Virus record (IMG/VR): IMGVR_UViG_3300020152_000020
Coordinates: 15,815 to 79,814 of that record
Direction: 5' to 3' (one strand)
DNA from: a virus
Length of the DNA stretch: 64,000 nt
The number at the start of each line of letters is the position of its first letter. Positions within the stretch are counted from its first letter, which is position 1. This document shows positions 37,940-47,900 of this stretch, in pieces. The notes beneath the pieces were generated by a model. That model did no database searches. It was not told the DNA's origin and saw nothing but the letters and a program-made list of their open reading frames with translations. The position numbers and the translations under genes were made by a program.

Positions 37940-40048
37940 GTGGCATCGAAGGTGAAGGCAAAGAAGAAGACGTATCCCATCTCCCGCCCGGAGAATCTTA
38001 GCGAAGAGGCGAACAGGTTGTTCGACCGCATCGCCGAAGAGATGATCCACGGCGACCGCGAGTTATTCGACACGCTCTCGACGCACGAAAAGAAGACGGT
38101 CATCGACTGGCTGTCGGATGCGATAGTCACGGGTCCGGCGAACGCCGTCCACGACTTGTTCTGGGAAGTGGACTATGTCCGCAAGCCTGTCGGCATTGAC
38201 GAGTTCCTTGAAAACGACGAGTACATGGGTCGCGTCTGCTCTGACTTGCATCCCCGCTGGCGTGAAGACATGCGGATCGTGCTGGGGCCGGGCAGCAAGG
38301 TCGCCGAATGGATTATGACGGGCGGCATCGGCATCGGCAAAACGACCATCGCCATGTCGGCCATCGCATACAAGATTTACTGCCTGTCGTGTTTGAAAAG
38401 CCCTGCCCGGTACTACGGACTGTTGCACGACTCTCTGATCGTGTTCGGCATTTACTCGATCACGAAGCGCCAAGTCGCCGACGCGGGTTACTTCAAGCTG
38501 CGTGGCTTCATCGACACATGCCCGTACTTCCGTCTGCATTATCCGCGCTCCCGGAAGATCGACTCCAAGGTGGTCTTCCCGGAAAAGAATGTGAACGTCA
38601 TCCCCGGCTCGCAAGAACTGCACGCGCTGGGCTTGGACTTGTTCTCGTTCGCGATGGACGAAGTGAACTTCATGCGCGTCAAAAACGACAAGGAAGGCGG
38701 TAAGGCGACGGGTCAGGCGTACGACCTGTACAACGCGGTGCACGCTCGTATCCTGTCACGCTTCATGCGCCCCGGTGGAACGATCCCCGGACTCATGCTA
38801 CTGATGTCGTCCCGCAACGCGCAGACATCGTTCCTTGAAGAACATCTGAAGAAGGTCAAGGGGTCGGCGAGTTCGTACGTCAGCGATTATCCGCTGTGGG
38901 AGTGCAAGCCCAAGCACCGCTTCCAGCTTCCGAAGTTCAACGTGGAAGTCGGCGACCGGATCGCACGCTCCCGCATTCTGGGTGAGGGTGATAATCCGCG
39001 TAAGGGTGCGCGCGTTGTTACGGTGCCCGGCGAGTTCAAACAGACGTTCCTTGAAGATATTGACCAAGCTCTGCGTGACATTGCTGGCGTTGCTACGTTC
39101 AACGTGTCGCCGTTGATCCGCGACCGTCAGTCGATCTTCGATGCCAGCCGGGCTGAGATGCAGCATCCGTTCACGAAGCCTGTCGTTACGCTGGACGTGC
39201 TCGACGATACGCTGCTCGACGAATACTTCATGACGAAGCTGGTCTGTAAGGTCGAAAGTTCCATTTACAAGCCGCGCTTGAATCCGGGGTGCCCGCGCTT
39301 CATGCACATTGACATCGGCCTGCGCGGTGACTGCGCGGGCATTGCCATGTCGCATATCAGCGGGATGAAGGTGAATCAGCGCGTGAACCCGGACGGGACG
39401 CTCTCGACGGTGCGCAATCCGTTCGCGGTCGTGGACTTCATGCTACGGATCGTTCCGCCGCCCGGCTCTGAAATCGACTTGTCGAAGCTGCGGGCGTTCG
39501 TGCTTTTCATCAAACGGTTGTACCCGCTCGTTCAGGTGACGTTCGACGGCTTTCAAAGCGCCGACTCCGTGCAGATTCTCAAGAAGCAGGAAATCGACGC
39601 GTGCCTGCTCTCCGTGGATCGCACTGATGTTCCGTACCTGTCGCTGCGCTCTGCGTTCTTTGATCGCCGCATCGCCTGTTACGAGTACACGCCGTTCATT
39701 GACGAAATGCTCGACCTTGAACGCGACGCCACGTCCGGGAAGGTGGATCATCCCGCGCGCGCAACGAACGGCGGCAAGGGCAGCAAAGACGTGGCCGACG
39801 CGGTTTGCGGTAGCGTGTACATGGCGCTCACCGACGAACGCTCCAAGTCGCAAACGCTCCCGGTCATCGGCGAAGACCAGATGCTCCCCGTCAAGGCCAT
39901 TGATCCGGCTGACACCGCTACGATGACGATCACTCGACCCGATCCGACGAATCCTGAAGTGACTGAAATTGTCCCGGCATCAAACGTTAGACTTATTGGC
40001 GGCAAGGCTGTAAACTGGGATGTGCTTCAGGCGAACGTTGACGCATAG
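37940..40048 (+). CDS. terL: Terminase large subunit
   Basis: KPVGIDEFL, Walker A GGIGIGKTT, Walker B FAMDEVNF, nuclease MHIDIG, VTFDGFQS, KDVADAV. Confidence 0.9.
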   Translation: MASKVKAKKKTYPISRPENLSEEANRLFDRIAEEMIHGDRELFDTLSTHEKKTVIDWLSDAIVTGPANAVHDLFWEVDYVRKPVGIDEFLENDEYMGRVCSDLHPRWREDMRIVLGPGSKVAEWIMTGGIGIGKTTIAMSAIAYKIYCLSCLKSPARYYGLLHDSLIVFGIYSITKRQVADAGYFKLRGFIDTCPYFRLHYPRSRKIDSKVVFPEKNVNVIPGSQELHALGLDLFSFAMDEVNFMRVKNDKEGGKATGQAYDLYNAVHARILSRFMRPGGTIPGLMLLMSSRNAQTSFLEEHLKKVKGSASSYVSDYPLWECKPKHRFQLPKFNVEVGDRIARSRILGEGDNPRKGARVVTVPGEFKQTFLEDIDQALRDIAGVATFNVSPLIRDRQSIFDASRAEMQHPFTKPVVTLDVLDDTLLDEYFMTKLVCKVESSIYKPRLNPGCPRFMHIDIGLRGDCAGIAMSHISGMKVNQRVNPDGTLSTVRNPFAVVDFMLRIVPPPGSEIDLSKLRAFVLFIKRLYPLVQVTFDGFQSADSVQILKKQEIDACLLSVDRTDVPYLSLRSAFFDRRIACYEYTPFIDEMLDLERDATSGKVDHPARATNGGKGSKDVADAVCGSVYMALTDERSKSQTLPVIGEDQMLPVKAIDPADTATMTITRPDPTNPEVTEIVPASNVRLIGGKAVNWDVLQANVDA

Positions 40049-40056
40049 GATGAATC

Positions 40057-41916
40057 ATGGCGCTTCCGCAGAATGATCCCAAAGCTCCCCCCGTGGGCCA
40101 GCCGCACACGGTAAACTGGTTTTATCGTTTGTTCGGTCTGTATGATCGGCAGTCGCATCCGTTCGACTTCGACACTGATCAGCAGAACGAAGACGCCGCC
40201 GCGAAGAAGACAGCGGAATGGTGGTCCGATCAGTTCAAGCTGGGGCAGGATCGCAAGGAACGGTATCGCATCTTCGACGAGATGGATGCGTCCGGTCTGG
40301 CCGGGGCGATCCTCGATTTGTTCGCCGAAGAAACGACGCAGATCGACTACGAAAAGGGCCGCGCGGTCTGGATCGAGTCGAAAAGCAACGAGATGATTAA
40401 GCGCGGCGACGAATGCCTGCGCAATCTCATGGTTGAAGACAAGCTCTTTGCCATCGTCCGGGGCATGTGCAAGTACGGTGATCACTTCCGCCGCCTGATT
40501 TACAGCGCCAAGAAAGGCGTGCTGGGCTGGCAGCAGGCTCCCGTCGATAAAACGCACCGCCTCGATGATCGGTACGGGCGTCTGATCGGGTTCCGTGAAG
40601 ACGGGAAGACGTTCCGGGGCGCGCGCAAGCGCCCTGTGTCGTGGCCGTGGGATTATGTGCACTTCCGCATGATGGGTAAGGACGAGAACACGGGCTACGG
40701 TACGTCCATCCTTGAACCGATGTTCAATCCGTGGCGGCGGCTCATGCTGGCCGATGACGCTGTGTTAATGTACCGCCTGCGTCGCGCGCCGGATCGCAAC
40801 ATGGTGCTGGTCGATGTCGGCAACATGGAAGAACACGAGGCGCTGGAATACGTGAACGCGTGGCGCAAGCGGTTCCGCAAACACGAGTTCGTGGACCCCG
40901 CGTCGCCGAACTATCGCAAGCAGTACAATCCGCTCACTCCGCTCGAAGACTTCTTCATCCCGATTCGCGGCGGCGAGAACAACAGCCGGGTCGAGAATCT
41001 GTCTGGGTCTTCGAACGCCGACCAGTTATTCGACCTGAACTACTACCGCGACACGTTCTTCGGTGCGGGCAAGGTCCCGAAGGCTTACATGGGTTTCGAG
41101 GGCGACGTGAACGCGAAGGCGACGTTGATCCAGCAGGACGTGCGCTTCGCCCGCACGTGTAAGCGCGCCCGGAAGCACGCGCTGTACGGTCTGCGGCAGA
41201 CGCTCGACATCCACTACACGCTGCTGGCCGACAGCGAGACGGATACGAAGTACGACTTCTCCCGCCCGGAAAACAAATACCTGATCCAGATGACGCCGAT
41301 CTCGTACCTCGACGAGTTCGAACGGCTGGAACTGATTCAGTTGCGTTACCAGATCGTCGAGGCAATGGCGAACGTCGCCACGTCCATGCAGATTGACGTG
41401 CGGGTCTGGGCGACGTACATCCTGCTCGAATACGCGAAGCTGCCCGAAGACTTGGTGATGAAGCTGATCGCCAAGACGCCGGAAGGTCCGCTTGCGCCGG
41501 GTGGGATGATGCCGCCCGGTGGCGCTCCGGGTGAAGAACCTGCGTTCCCGCCCGAAGGTGGCAGCGCCAACGCGGGCGTGCCGCCTGCTGAGGCCGCGCG
41601 CTTCAAGCGTCCGATCTGGATGCAGATAACCGAAAACATGGGTAAGCGCGGCTTCTATCCCTTGAGCGAAGCAGAGAAGACGCAGATCGCGCGCCTGATG
41701 CACGAGTCGTGTGCGCTACGGAAGGTCGTCGGCGACATCACGGAGTACCACATTGACGACCTGATGAACTTCCAGACTGATCCGTCGCTGCTCCCGGTGA
41801 TCTCCAAGGGCGCGGAGTTGACGGACGTGGTGAACGAAGACACTGAAGTCATCCTGCTCCGGGAAGACCTTGCGGCTCTGAAATCCGCCACCCTCAACGA
41901 AGAAAAGAAGAAATAA
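40057..41916 (+). CDS. Portal protein, T4 gp20-like
   Basis: YGTSILE, DAVLMYRLRRAPDRNMVLVDVGNM, LEDFFIPIRGG, KVPKAYM, DVRFAR. Confidence 0.92.
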   Translation: MALPQNDPKAPPVGQPHTVNWFYRLFGLYDRQSHPFDFDTDQQNEDAAAKKTAEWWSDQFKLGQDRKERYRIFDEMDASGLAGAILDLFAEETTQIDYEKGRAVWIESKSNEMIKRGDECLRNLMVEDKLFAIVRGMCKYGDHFRRLIYSAKKGVLGWQQAPVDKTHRLDDRYGRLIGFREDGKTFRGARKRPVSWPWDYVHFRMMGKDENTGYGTSILEPMFNPWRRLMLADDAVLMYRLRRAPDRNMVLVDVGNMEEHEALEYVNAWRKRFRKHEFVDPASPNYRKQYNPLTPLEDFFIPIRGGENNSRVENLSGSSNADQLFDLNYYRDTFFGAGKVPKAYMGFEGDVNAKATLIQQDVRFARTCKRARKHALYGLRQTLDIHYTLLADSETDTKYDFSRPENKYLIQMTPISYLDEFERLELIQLRYQIVEAMANVATSMQIDVRVWATYILLEYAKLPEDLVMKLIAKTPEGPLAPGGMMPPGGAPGEEPAFPPEGGSANAGVPPAEAARFKRPIWMQITENMGKRGFYPLSEAEKTQIARLMHESCALRKVVGDITEYHIDDLMNFQTDPSLLPVISKGAELTDVVNEDTEVILLREDLAALKSATLNEEKKK

Positions 41917-41918
41917 TC

Positions 41919-42443
41919 ATGTTTAAGGTACGCATCCCGTTCATTAGCAGAACGGTTGACGGTCAGCCGCTACAGTGGGTGCTCGAAGAAACGGCGAAAC
42001 AGTGCGACATGACCCCGCATGACGTGATGATCGTCATCACGCACGTCTTGGAGAACATCGCGCGGGCGCTGACGAAGGGCTGGATCGTCCGCATCCCCGG
42101 CTTCGGAATGTTCGGGCCGTACACGTGGTGGCCGCGCAAGGCTGGCTCCCATGAGCCTGACAAAACGAAGGCGGCGCACGTGCTGCCCCGGTTCGTTGCG
42201 GCGAAGGGGTTCGTGTCGGAGATCGACGTGTCGTGCCGCCCGTCTGAGGAACGAAACAAGAAGCTGGACGTGTATCGCAAGAACCACGCGTACTACTCAA
42301 AGGCGACGCCGGATGATCGCAGGGTGTTCACGGCGATGTCAAAGTTCCGGGAGAGCGTTGTGGCCGATAAGCGCAAGCTGGGGATGGACGATAAGATGTT
42401 CAAGGTGCGGCAGTCCGCGCTTAAAAACATGGAACACTTATGA
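41919..42443 (+). CDS. HU/IHF-like DNA-binding protein
   Basis: VLENIARALTKGWIVRIPGFGMF...PRFVAAKGF. Confidence 0.65.
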   Translation: MFKVRIPFISRTVDGQPLQWVLEETAKQCDMTPHDVMIVITHVLENIARALTKGWIVRIPGFGMFGPYTWWPRKAGSHEPDKTKAAHVLPRFVAAKGFVSEIDVSCRPSEERNKKLDVYRKNHAYYSKATPDDRRVFTAMSKFRESVVADKRKLGMDDKMFKVRQSALKNMEHL

Positions 42444-43306
42444 TCGACGACGACTTTGATCCGTTCGTGTTCGCTCCCAGCTTCCAACTGGCTGAATCTC
42501 TGGAAGCCGGGGGCGAGTTGTTTGAGGGTAAAGCAATCGGCACAGCCAAGCTGCAAGACTTGAAGCTGATGCAGAACATTGCTTCGTTCCCCTACACGCT
42601 CGCGCCCAACGCGAACACGGAAGCGAAGAAGGGTCAGACGGTCGGTCGCCGCAAGATGCTTGAAGTTCAGCAGCGGACGAAGGCTGCGCTGCTCTCCCTG
42701 ATCCTGAACTTTCAGTCCAAGAAGATCAGCGAGAGTGAGTTCCGTAAATCCGCTACGAAGACAATGAAGACGGCGTGGCGCGACGTGTACCTCGCGGGCA
42801 TTCGCGCGTCCGGCGTGTCCGGTACTGGCGCGGGCAAGGGAAAGGTGCTGGTCAATCTGCACGCGATGGACGAGGGCTGGCTCAAGGGGGCCATGTCGCA
42901 CGAGATGTCGTTCCTGAACGGGTTTCTCGAAGACATCGTGACGGACTCGTACAAGATGCCGCTCGAACGCCGGGCTGAGATGTACGTCCGCGCGCTCACG
43001 TCGTTTTACGAGTCGGCGCGGGTGATCGGGATGCCTGAGAACGTGCTGATCCACTGGGCGGGTCCCGGCGATAAAAAGACGTGCCTGTCCTGTCGGTATC
43101 TCTTCGAAAACTCTCCGTACACGAAACTCAACCTGCCCACTACGCCGCGCGCGGGCATGACGCTCTGCCTGACGAACTGCCGCGACCGCTTGTTTGTCCG
43201 GCGCGTTGATCTCAAGGAAGTGCAGACGCGGCTGGAAGAGTCGAAGTACACGCGCGGCGGGCATGTCGCCAATCTGCGGCGCATCAAGCGCACGGGTTCC
43301 CTGTAA
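42440..43306 (+). CDS. Head morphogenesis protein (Mu gpF/SPP1 gp7-like)
   Basis: After portal; HWAGPGDKKTCLSC...CLTNCRD. Confidence 0.6.
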   Translation: MIDDDFDPFVFAPSFQLAESLEAGGELFEGKAIGTAKLQDLKLMQNIASFPYTLAPNANTEAKKGQTVGRRKMLEVQQRTKAALLSLILNFQSKKISESEFRKSATKTMKTAWRDVYLAGIRASGVSGTGAGKGKVLVNLHAMDEGWLKGAMSHEMSFLNGFLEDIVTDSYKMPLERRAEMYVRALTSFYESARVIGMPENVLIHWAGPGDKKTCLSCRYLFENSPYTKLNLPTTPRAGMTLCLTNCRDRLFVRRVDLKEVQTRLEESKYTRGGHVANLRRIKRTGSL

Positions 43307-43352
43307 TGCAGGCTTTTGTCCTGCTCTGCTCGCATAACGCGGAAAATATAGT

Positions 43353-43380
43353 TTGACATTGTGTCATTCCCGTGTAACTT
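43353..43380 (+). promoter_or_regulatory. sigma70-like promoter overlapping the palindrome
   Basis: TTGACA, 16 bp, TAACTT. Confidence 0.65.
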
Positions 43381-43462
43381 GCTTTGTGTCTGGCGGCTGA
43401 AGCTGCCGGGCCGAATGCCGGGTGCCCGGCAAGGACAACAAGCGAAGCGGGAGATGCGATCC

Positions 43463-44119
43463 ATGTGGCTTTTCTCGAAGTACGGTTTCTTCAGCGCGGT
43501 GTGCACAAAGGAAAACCCGGAAGAGTTGAAGGTCCGGGCGCGGGATGTTGACCATCTGCGTGAACTGAAAAAGAACTTCCCGATGCTCGCGCCGTTCGAG
43601 ATTTCCGAAAGTCCGAAGGCTGATTATCGCTGCCGGATGATCGTGCCGAAGGCAATCTGGACAAAGGTCTGCGAGGCGCTGGCTGAAGACATCGACTATG
43701 ACAATTTCAAGTCGGGGGTCGCCGCGCATCGCGGTCGTGATGCTTACGAGCACGCGCTGCATGAAATCTGGTCGGTGATGTACGGCGTTCAGGTGCGCAA
43801 GTACGGCCAAGGGATTTATGCGTACCAGAACCGCAAGCACGGCGTGGGTGTGAAGTCGCTGGTCGATGGCGGGCTGTTCGAGCACGAGGCCGAATCGGAG
43901 CACCCTGAAACGGAAGTTGAGGTTGATCTCGATGTCGGCGATCTGGTGGCGAAAGCGACGGCTGAACCGCGCTGCAAGTGCGGGCATTCGGAGTCGCGGC
44001 ACAACACACAGAACGGCGATTATGAGTGTAATGTTGTCGGGTGTTCCTGCGCGAATTACTCCCCGGTTGCGCCGAAGCGGGGCAATGTGCGGGGCGGTAA
44101 AAAGAAGGCGGCGAAGTAA
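43463..44119 (+). CDS. Conserved phage hypothetical protein
   Basis: MWLFSKYGFFSAV, VRARD, ADYRCR, IDYDNFK; GGGAG RBS. Confidence 0.75.
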   Translation: MWLFSKYGFFSAVCTKENPEELKVRARDVDHLRELKKNFPMLAPFEISESPKADYRCRMIVPKAIWTKVCEALAEDIDYDNFKSGVAAHRGRDAYEHALHEIWSVMYGVQVRKYGQGIYAYQNRKHGVGVKSLVDGGLFEHEAESEHPETEVEVDLDVGDLVAKATAEPRCKCGHSESRHNTQNGDYECNVVGCSCANYSPVAPKRGNVRGGKKKAAK

Positions 44120-44163
44120 TTGAGCCGCGCGGCGCTCCGGGGGGTTGTCCACCCTTCTCCCCG

Positions 44164-44418
44164 GTGCTAACCGCGCGGTTCTTTTTTGCTTGGGGGTTGC
44201 TACAGATGGAAGGCCGCGAACTCGTCTCTGGCGAAATCTTCATCGTTGAGAATGCGATCAAGGACCCAACGTATGCGCCGTACTGCGGTCGCTGCTCCGG
44301 GTTGCATCGCATGACGCGGGTTGAGCCGTTCCTCTGGAAGCATCGCTGCGGGGCGATCCATGATTCCCGCGACACGAAAATGGTCCGCGAGCATTTGGCG
44401 GGGAAAGCGCAGGCGTAA
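44164..44418 (+). CDS. Small Zn-ribbon-like protein (start uncertain)
   Basis: PYCGRC...HRC; real start may be ATG of MEGREL. Confidence 0.45.
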   Translation: MLTARFFFAWGLLQMEGRELVSGEIFIVENAIKDPTYAPYCGRCSGLHRMTRVEPFLWKHRCGAIHDSRDTKMVREHLAGKAQA

Positions 44419-44562
44419 ATGGGTATCGCGATTTGGCTGGGCGTCACATTGTTGGGTGTGTTAAAGTGGGGGCCGGGTGACGAGTCTGCGCTGTGCTGCG
44501 CTCTGGGACTGGTCGCCGGGCTTTTGTACGTGAGCGCCGTCTCTCAGAAAGGGGTTGACACA

Positions 44563-44730
44563 ATGTCACAGGAAACTGACAAACCGAAGCCAAGGCCGGG
44601 GCCGCTGGTCGAAGACGAAACGGTCGTGGGTGGCTACGACGAACAGACGGGCGCGGCGGTGATCCGGCCCAAGACGCCGGACGGTCGCGCGGACGAATCG
44701 ACGCGGCCTACGGATCGCCGCGAGAAGTAA
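44563..44730 (+). CDS. Small hypothetical protein
   Basis: AAAGGGG RBS; ATG inside palindrome copy 44555. Confidence 0.45.
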   Translation: MSQETDKPKPRPGPLVEDETVVGGYDEQTGAAVIRPKTPDGRADESTRPTDRREK

Positions 44731-44731
44731 C

Positions 44732-44834
44732 GCCAGTAAGATCGACCGCTAACTGGAAGCGGTGACGCCTGATCGTCCAGAGACTTCGGGCGCTCTGACT
44801 GGCTCGATGCCGGGGAAACCCGGCATCTTTTTTT
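44732..44834 (+). ncRNA. Candidate structured RNA (3-way junction plus terminator)
   Basis: GCCAGT/ACTGGC, ACCGCT/AGCGGT, CAGAG/CTCTG with cUUCGg loop, then GATGCCGGG-gaaa-CCCGGCATC-T8. Confidence 0.45.
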
Positions 44835-44858
44835 TGTCGGAATGTGCGAAAAAAGAAT

Positions 44859-44886
44859 TTGCGCTTTCCGTGTCACGCGGTATAAA
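44859..44886 (+). promoter_or_regulatory. sigma70-like promoter
   Basis: TTGCGC, 16 bp, TATAAA with upstream A tract. Confidence 0.55.
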
Positions 44887-44976
44887 TGTCTTTGTAAACG
44901 CTGGGCAGCGCGCCCGGCGAACCGGAAACAAAGACCCTTCACTGGGTCGAGACAACGGAAAGGCAGGGCAGTACCG

Positions 44977-45309
44977 ATGGCGAACGACAACGGCGACAAG
45001 TTGGGCGGCGAGCAGTTCGACGAGGCGATGGAGCAGGAGAAAATCGCGAAGGCGAAGGATCAGTTGCTCGATCCGAAGGGCACCGCGAAAGACAGCGAGG
45101 GCAAGGAGTTCCCGGTCTGTCTGCTGGAAATCGAAGTTAAGAAAATTCGCAACGTCACCACGCACCTGCTCCGCGTCGTAAACCCGACCGCGTACGCTGA
45201 GTACAAGGCCATGAAGCAGGCCGATGCGTCGCTGGCTGGCAAGCGCAAGGCGTACGCGTTCGCCTTCACTAAGCTGCTCGAAGTCGGTTACAACATCAGC
45301 GGGCTGTAA
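44977..45309 (+). CDS. Hypothetical protein
   Basis: Own promoter and AGGG RBS. Confidence 0.6.
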   Translation: MANDNGDKLGGEQFDEAMEQEKIAKAKDQLLDPKGTAKDSEGKEFPVCLLEIEVKKIRNVTTHLLRVVNPTAYAEYKAMKQADASLAGKRKAYAFAFTKLLEVGYNISGL

Positions 45310-45395
45310 CTTTGTGGGGGGCCGGGTGTGCGTCGAGAGGGTTCGGCGCGCGCCCGGTTTTTCTTTTGACACTGTGTTAATGAAAGGGGTGTACG

Positions 45396-45953
45396 ATGGC
45401 GGTCAAGAAAGCTCCCGCGAAGAAGAAGGTCGATGCTCCGGCTCCGGCTGTGGTCGAGGCTCCCGCGCCTGATTCGCCGCTGGGACAGTTGGACGGCGCG
45501 CTGGTGGCTCTGCAAGGTGCGGCGGCGCACGTGACGCTGATAGTTCAGCGCGGCTGGGATCACTCGCAGCCGATCCCGTCCGATATGCTCCGGGTCGCGA
45601 AGATTTTCGAGACGGTTGAGCGGCTGGCGAAGAAGACGGGCGAGTTGATCGACTCGCTACTGAAGGCACACAAGGCCGCGAATGGCACGTACGAACCGGG
45701 CGCGTACACGGTGGTGTTCTCGTCCACTGATAAGCGGTCGCCGAAATGGAAGGAAGAAGCCGTCCGGCTGGGCCGCGAATGCTTCTTGCTCCGGCAGGAA
45801 CTGGCCGAACTGCGCGGCGAGGCGTTCACCGAAGTCTGGGACGAGAAGGTGTTCTGCGCGCAGATCGTCGCGAAGTATCCGCCGTCCACTGGGTCAAGCG
45901 TTAAGGTTCTCGCGCAGGGTGAGACGGTCCAGCCTGAGTCGCAAAGCTGCTAA
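45396..45953 (+). CDS. Hypothetical protein
   Basis: AAAGGGG RBS downstream of palindrome 45366. Confidence 0.7.
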   Translation: MAVKKAPAKKKVDAPAPAVVEAPAPDSPLGQLDGALVALQGAAAHVTLIVQRGWDHSQPIPSDMLRVAKIFETVERLAKKTGELIDSLLKAHKAANGTYEPGAYTVVFSSTDKRSPKWKEEAVRLGRECFLLRQELAELRGEAFTEVWDEKVFCAQIVAKYPPSTGSSVKVLAQGETVQPESQSC

Positions 45954-46103
45954 CCGGGGGTCCCTTGAGTCAGGCGTATTGCATGTCCTGCGTTGAGACG
46001 ACGCGGGCTGAAATGGTGAGCGGGTACTGTCTGCGAACGATGAAGTGCGACCGCTGTGGTCGCACTGGGGATTTGGCTCTCGTGGCGGTAAAGGATTCCA
46101 ACG

Positions 46104-46541
46104 ATGAAAAGTCTGCTCATGGCGGTCCTGCTGGCGTGCTCTCTCAGCGCCGTCCGGGCTGAGTCGGACACCGGGAAGGCGACCTACTACACTTGCGAGT
46201 CGTGTCAGCGCGAGGGAACGTCGGGCGTGTACACGGCGTCTGGCGAGCGGTACGACGAATCGAAGTTGACCTGTGCGCTGCCCCGGCGCGGCTGGGGTGG
46301 GATTTACAAGGTCACAAACCTCGACAACGATCTCTGCATTTACGTCCGGCATAACGACTTCGGGCCGGGCAAAGGTCCGCGTGCGAAGGGCGTCGTGATC
46401 GACTTGACTCCGGCTGCGTTTCAAGCTCTGGGTGGCAAGTTGAAGGACGGGATCATCAAGCGGGTGAAGTACGAGCGGCTGGACGCGGCTGAAGTCCGGG
46501 TGCTGAAGAAACAGGGTAAGCTCGCTGGAACAGAAAAATGA
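46104..46541 (+). CDS. RlpA-like double-psi beta-barrel (lytic transglycosylase-like) protein with signal peptide
   Basis: MKSLLMAVLLACSLSAVRA; GKATYY, TASGERYD, NDFGP, VIDLTPAAFQALG. Confidence 0.8.
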   Translation: MKSLLMAVLLACSLSAVRAESDTGKATYYTCESCQREGTSGVYTASGERYDESKLTCALPRRGWGGIYKVTNLDNDLCIYVRHNDFGPGKGPRAKGVVIDLTPAAFQALGGKLKDGIIKRVKYERLDAAEVRVLKKQGKLAGTEK

Positions 46542-46792
46542 TGCGTTGGGTAACGATCTCTTCCTGCTGGGAACTTCAAAGCAAGCCGCTACTGGCGGCA
46601 TTGACTGCGAAGTTCCCGCAGTTTTCTTTTCGTTTGGGTGGTCGTGGTCGCGGCGAGTTTGCTGAAGTGGTGAACATCCACGGTCGGCTTCCGTATCCGC
46701 ATCCGAATGACTTTGCGCGCGAGGTTTCTACGTTCGCAGAAGAGTGGTGCTCTAAAAATCCTGTGTCGTCTTTACTTGGGCCGAAGGAGTGA
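46538..46792 (+). CDS. Small hypothetical protein
   Basis: ATGA-coupled to upstream gene. Confidence 0.5.
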   Translation: MMRWVTISSCWELQSKPLLAALTAKFPQFSFRLGGRGRGEFAEVVNIHGRLPYPHPNDFAREVSTFAEEWCSKNPVSSLLGPKE

Positions 46793-46795
46793 TCC

Positions 46796-46984
46796 GTGCA
46801 CTGCACTCACGAGAAGTGCTGCTGTGGTTGCGATCAGCCGTTGGAACGCCGGACGTTGAGCGTGCAGATCGCGAACGCCGGGGGCTGGGAAGAGTTTCAT
46901 CAGCGCCGTCGCGAACCGCAGGCTGACTGGTGGAAGGCACGCCGCTTGAAGATGGAAGCGGAGTATCGGGCGAAGTGGGGCTGA
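46796..46984 (+). CDS. Small Cys-rich protein
   Basis: AAGGAG RBS; CCCGC. Confidence 0.5.
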   Translation: MHCTHEKCCCGCDQPLERRTLSVQIANAGGWEEFHQRRREPQADWWKARRLKMEAEYRAKWG

Positions 46985-46988
46985 TCCG

Positions 46989-47501
46989 ATGAAGGAAGCT
47001 GGGCGGTGCGACGGTTGTGGCGAGTCGCTTAACACGCAGACGACGGCGATCCGCTGGCGCACGGGCTACGGGCTGTGCGTCGATTGCTGGTCTGATTTTA
47101 CGCCGTTCGAGCGTGTAGCTCTGGCTCTGCTCATGGATATCCGCGATAAGGTCCACGGCGAAACGGAGCCAACGGCGGAACCGCACAGGGCGCTCACTCT
47201 GGCGGCTCCGGTCGATGAAGGCGGGTCTGGGCCGGATAAGGCTGAGAAAACGTCACCACGTCGCGCTGGACGCTCGCGCGAGCCTAAGCCTGTGCGGGTG
47301 TCTGAGGAAGGTCATAAGTTCTATGACCGAAAGGCGATCCCGGCGAAATGCCCCTCGTGCGGCTTTCCGCTGCGGGAGAAGGACGGGCGGTACGGGCCGT
47401 TCTTTGGTTGTACCAATTTTCCGAACTGTCGGCGCACGTTTACCATCGAGGTCCCGGCGTCTCCGGCTCAAGCTCCGGCTGCGTCGGATTCTCCGTACTG
47501 A
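46989..47501 (+). CDS. Protein with C-terminal topoisomerase-type C4 Zn ribbon
   Basis: CPSCGFPLREKDGRYGPFFGCTNFPNC; N-terminal CDGC...CVDC. Confidence 0.75.
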   Translation: MKEAGRCDGCGESLNTQTTAIRWRTGYGLCVDCWSDFTPFERVALALLMDIRDKVHGETEPTAEPHRALTLAAPVDEGGSGPDKAEKTSPRRAGRSREPKPVRVSEEGHKFYDRKAIPAKCPSCGFPLREKDGRYGPFFGCTNFPNCRRTFTIEVPASPAQAPAASDSPY

Positions 47502-47512
47502 GGGTTGTATTT

Positions 47513-47767
47513 ATGGCGAGCGTTACTACGGTGCTGGCGAGCGAGTTCCTGAAGCGGGGTCCTCGCCCGGTTCCGTCTCTGCGGGTCGTCCCGCGTCCGC
47601 GCCGGATCGGCGTGCGTAAGCCGCTGGGTGAAGTGATGGAAGGGCCGGACGGCGTGGTGTATGTTTTTAAGGTCGAGGAACTGTGGAAGCGTGTCCGGCG
47701 CTGGGCGCGTCGCAACGGCAAAGAGTACATCCCGACGTATGGCGTGAAGGGCGTTGCGCCGACATGA
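47513..47767 (+). CDS. Small hypothetical protein
   Basis: GAGGG RBS before ATG 47513. Confidence 0.5.
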   Translation: MASVTTVLASEFLKRGPRPVPSLRVVPRPRRIGVRKPLGEVMEGPDGVVYVFKVEELWKRVRRWARRNGKEYIPTYGVKGVAPT

Positions 47768-47900
47768 GGGTATTACATCAACGTCTGGTTCAGACGACTC
47801 CGGGTTAAGTTCGTGCACGGTACGATTAATATGTGGGAAGAGAATAACGCTGACGGCACCGACACGGAGTGGGTGGCGAGCTACCGAAGGGAATGACACA

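Noticed and set aside
44769-44800. Hammerhead ribozyme (CTGATCG resembles the core)
   Set aside because: Does not match CUGANGA and lacks a correctly placed GAAA/NUH
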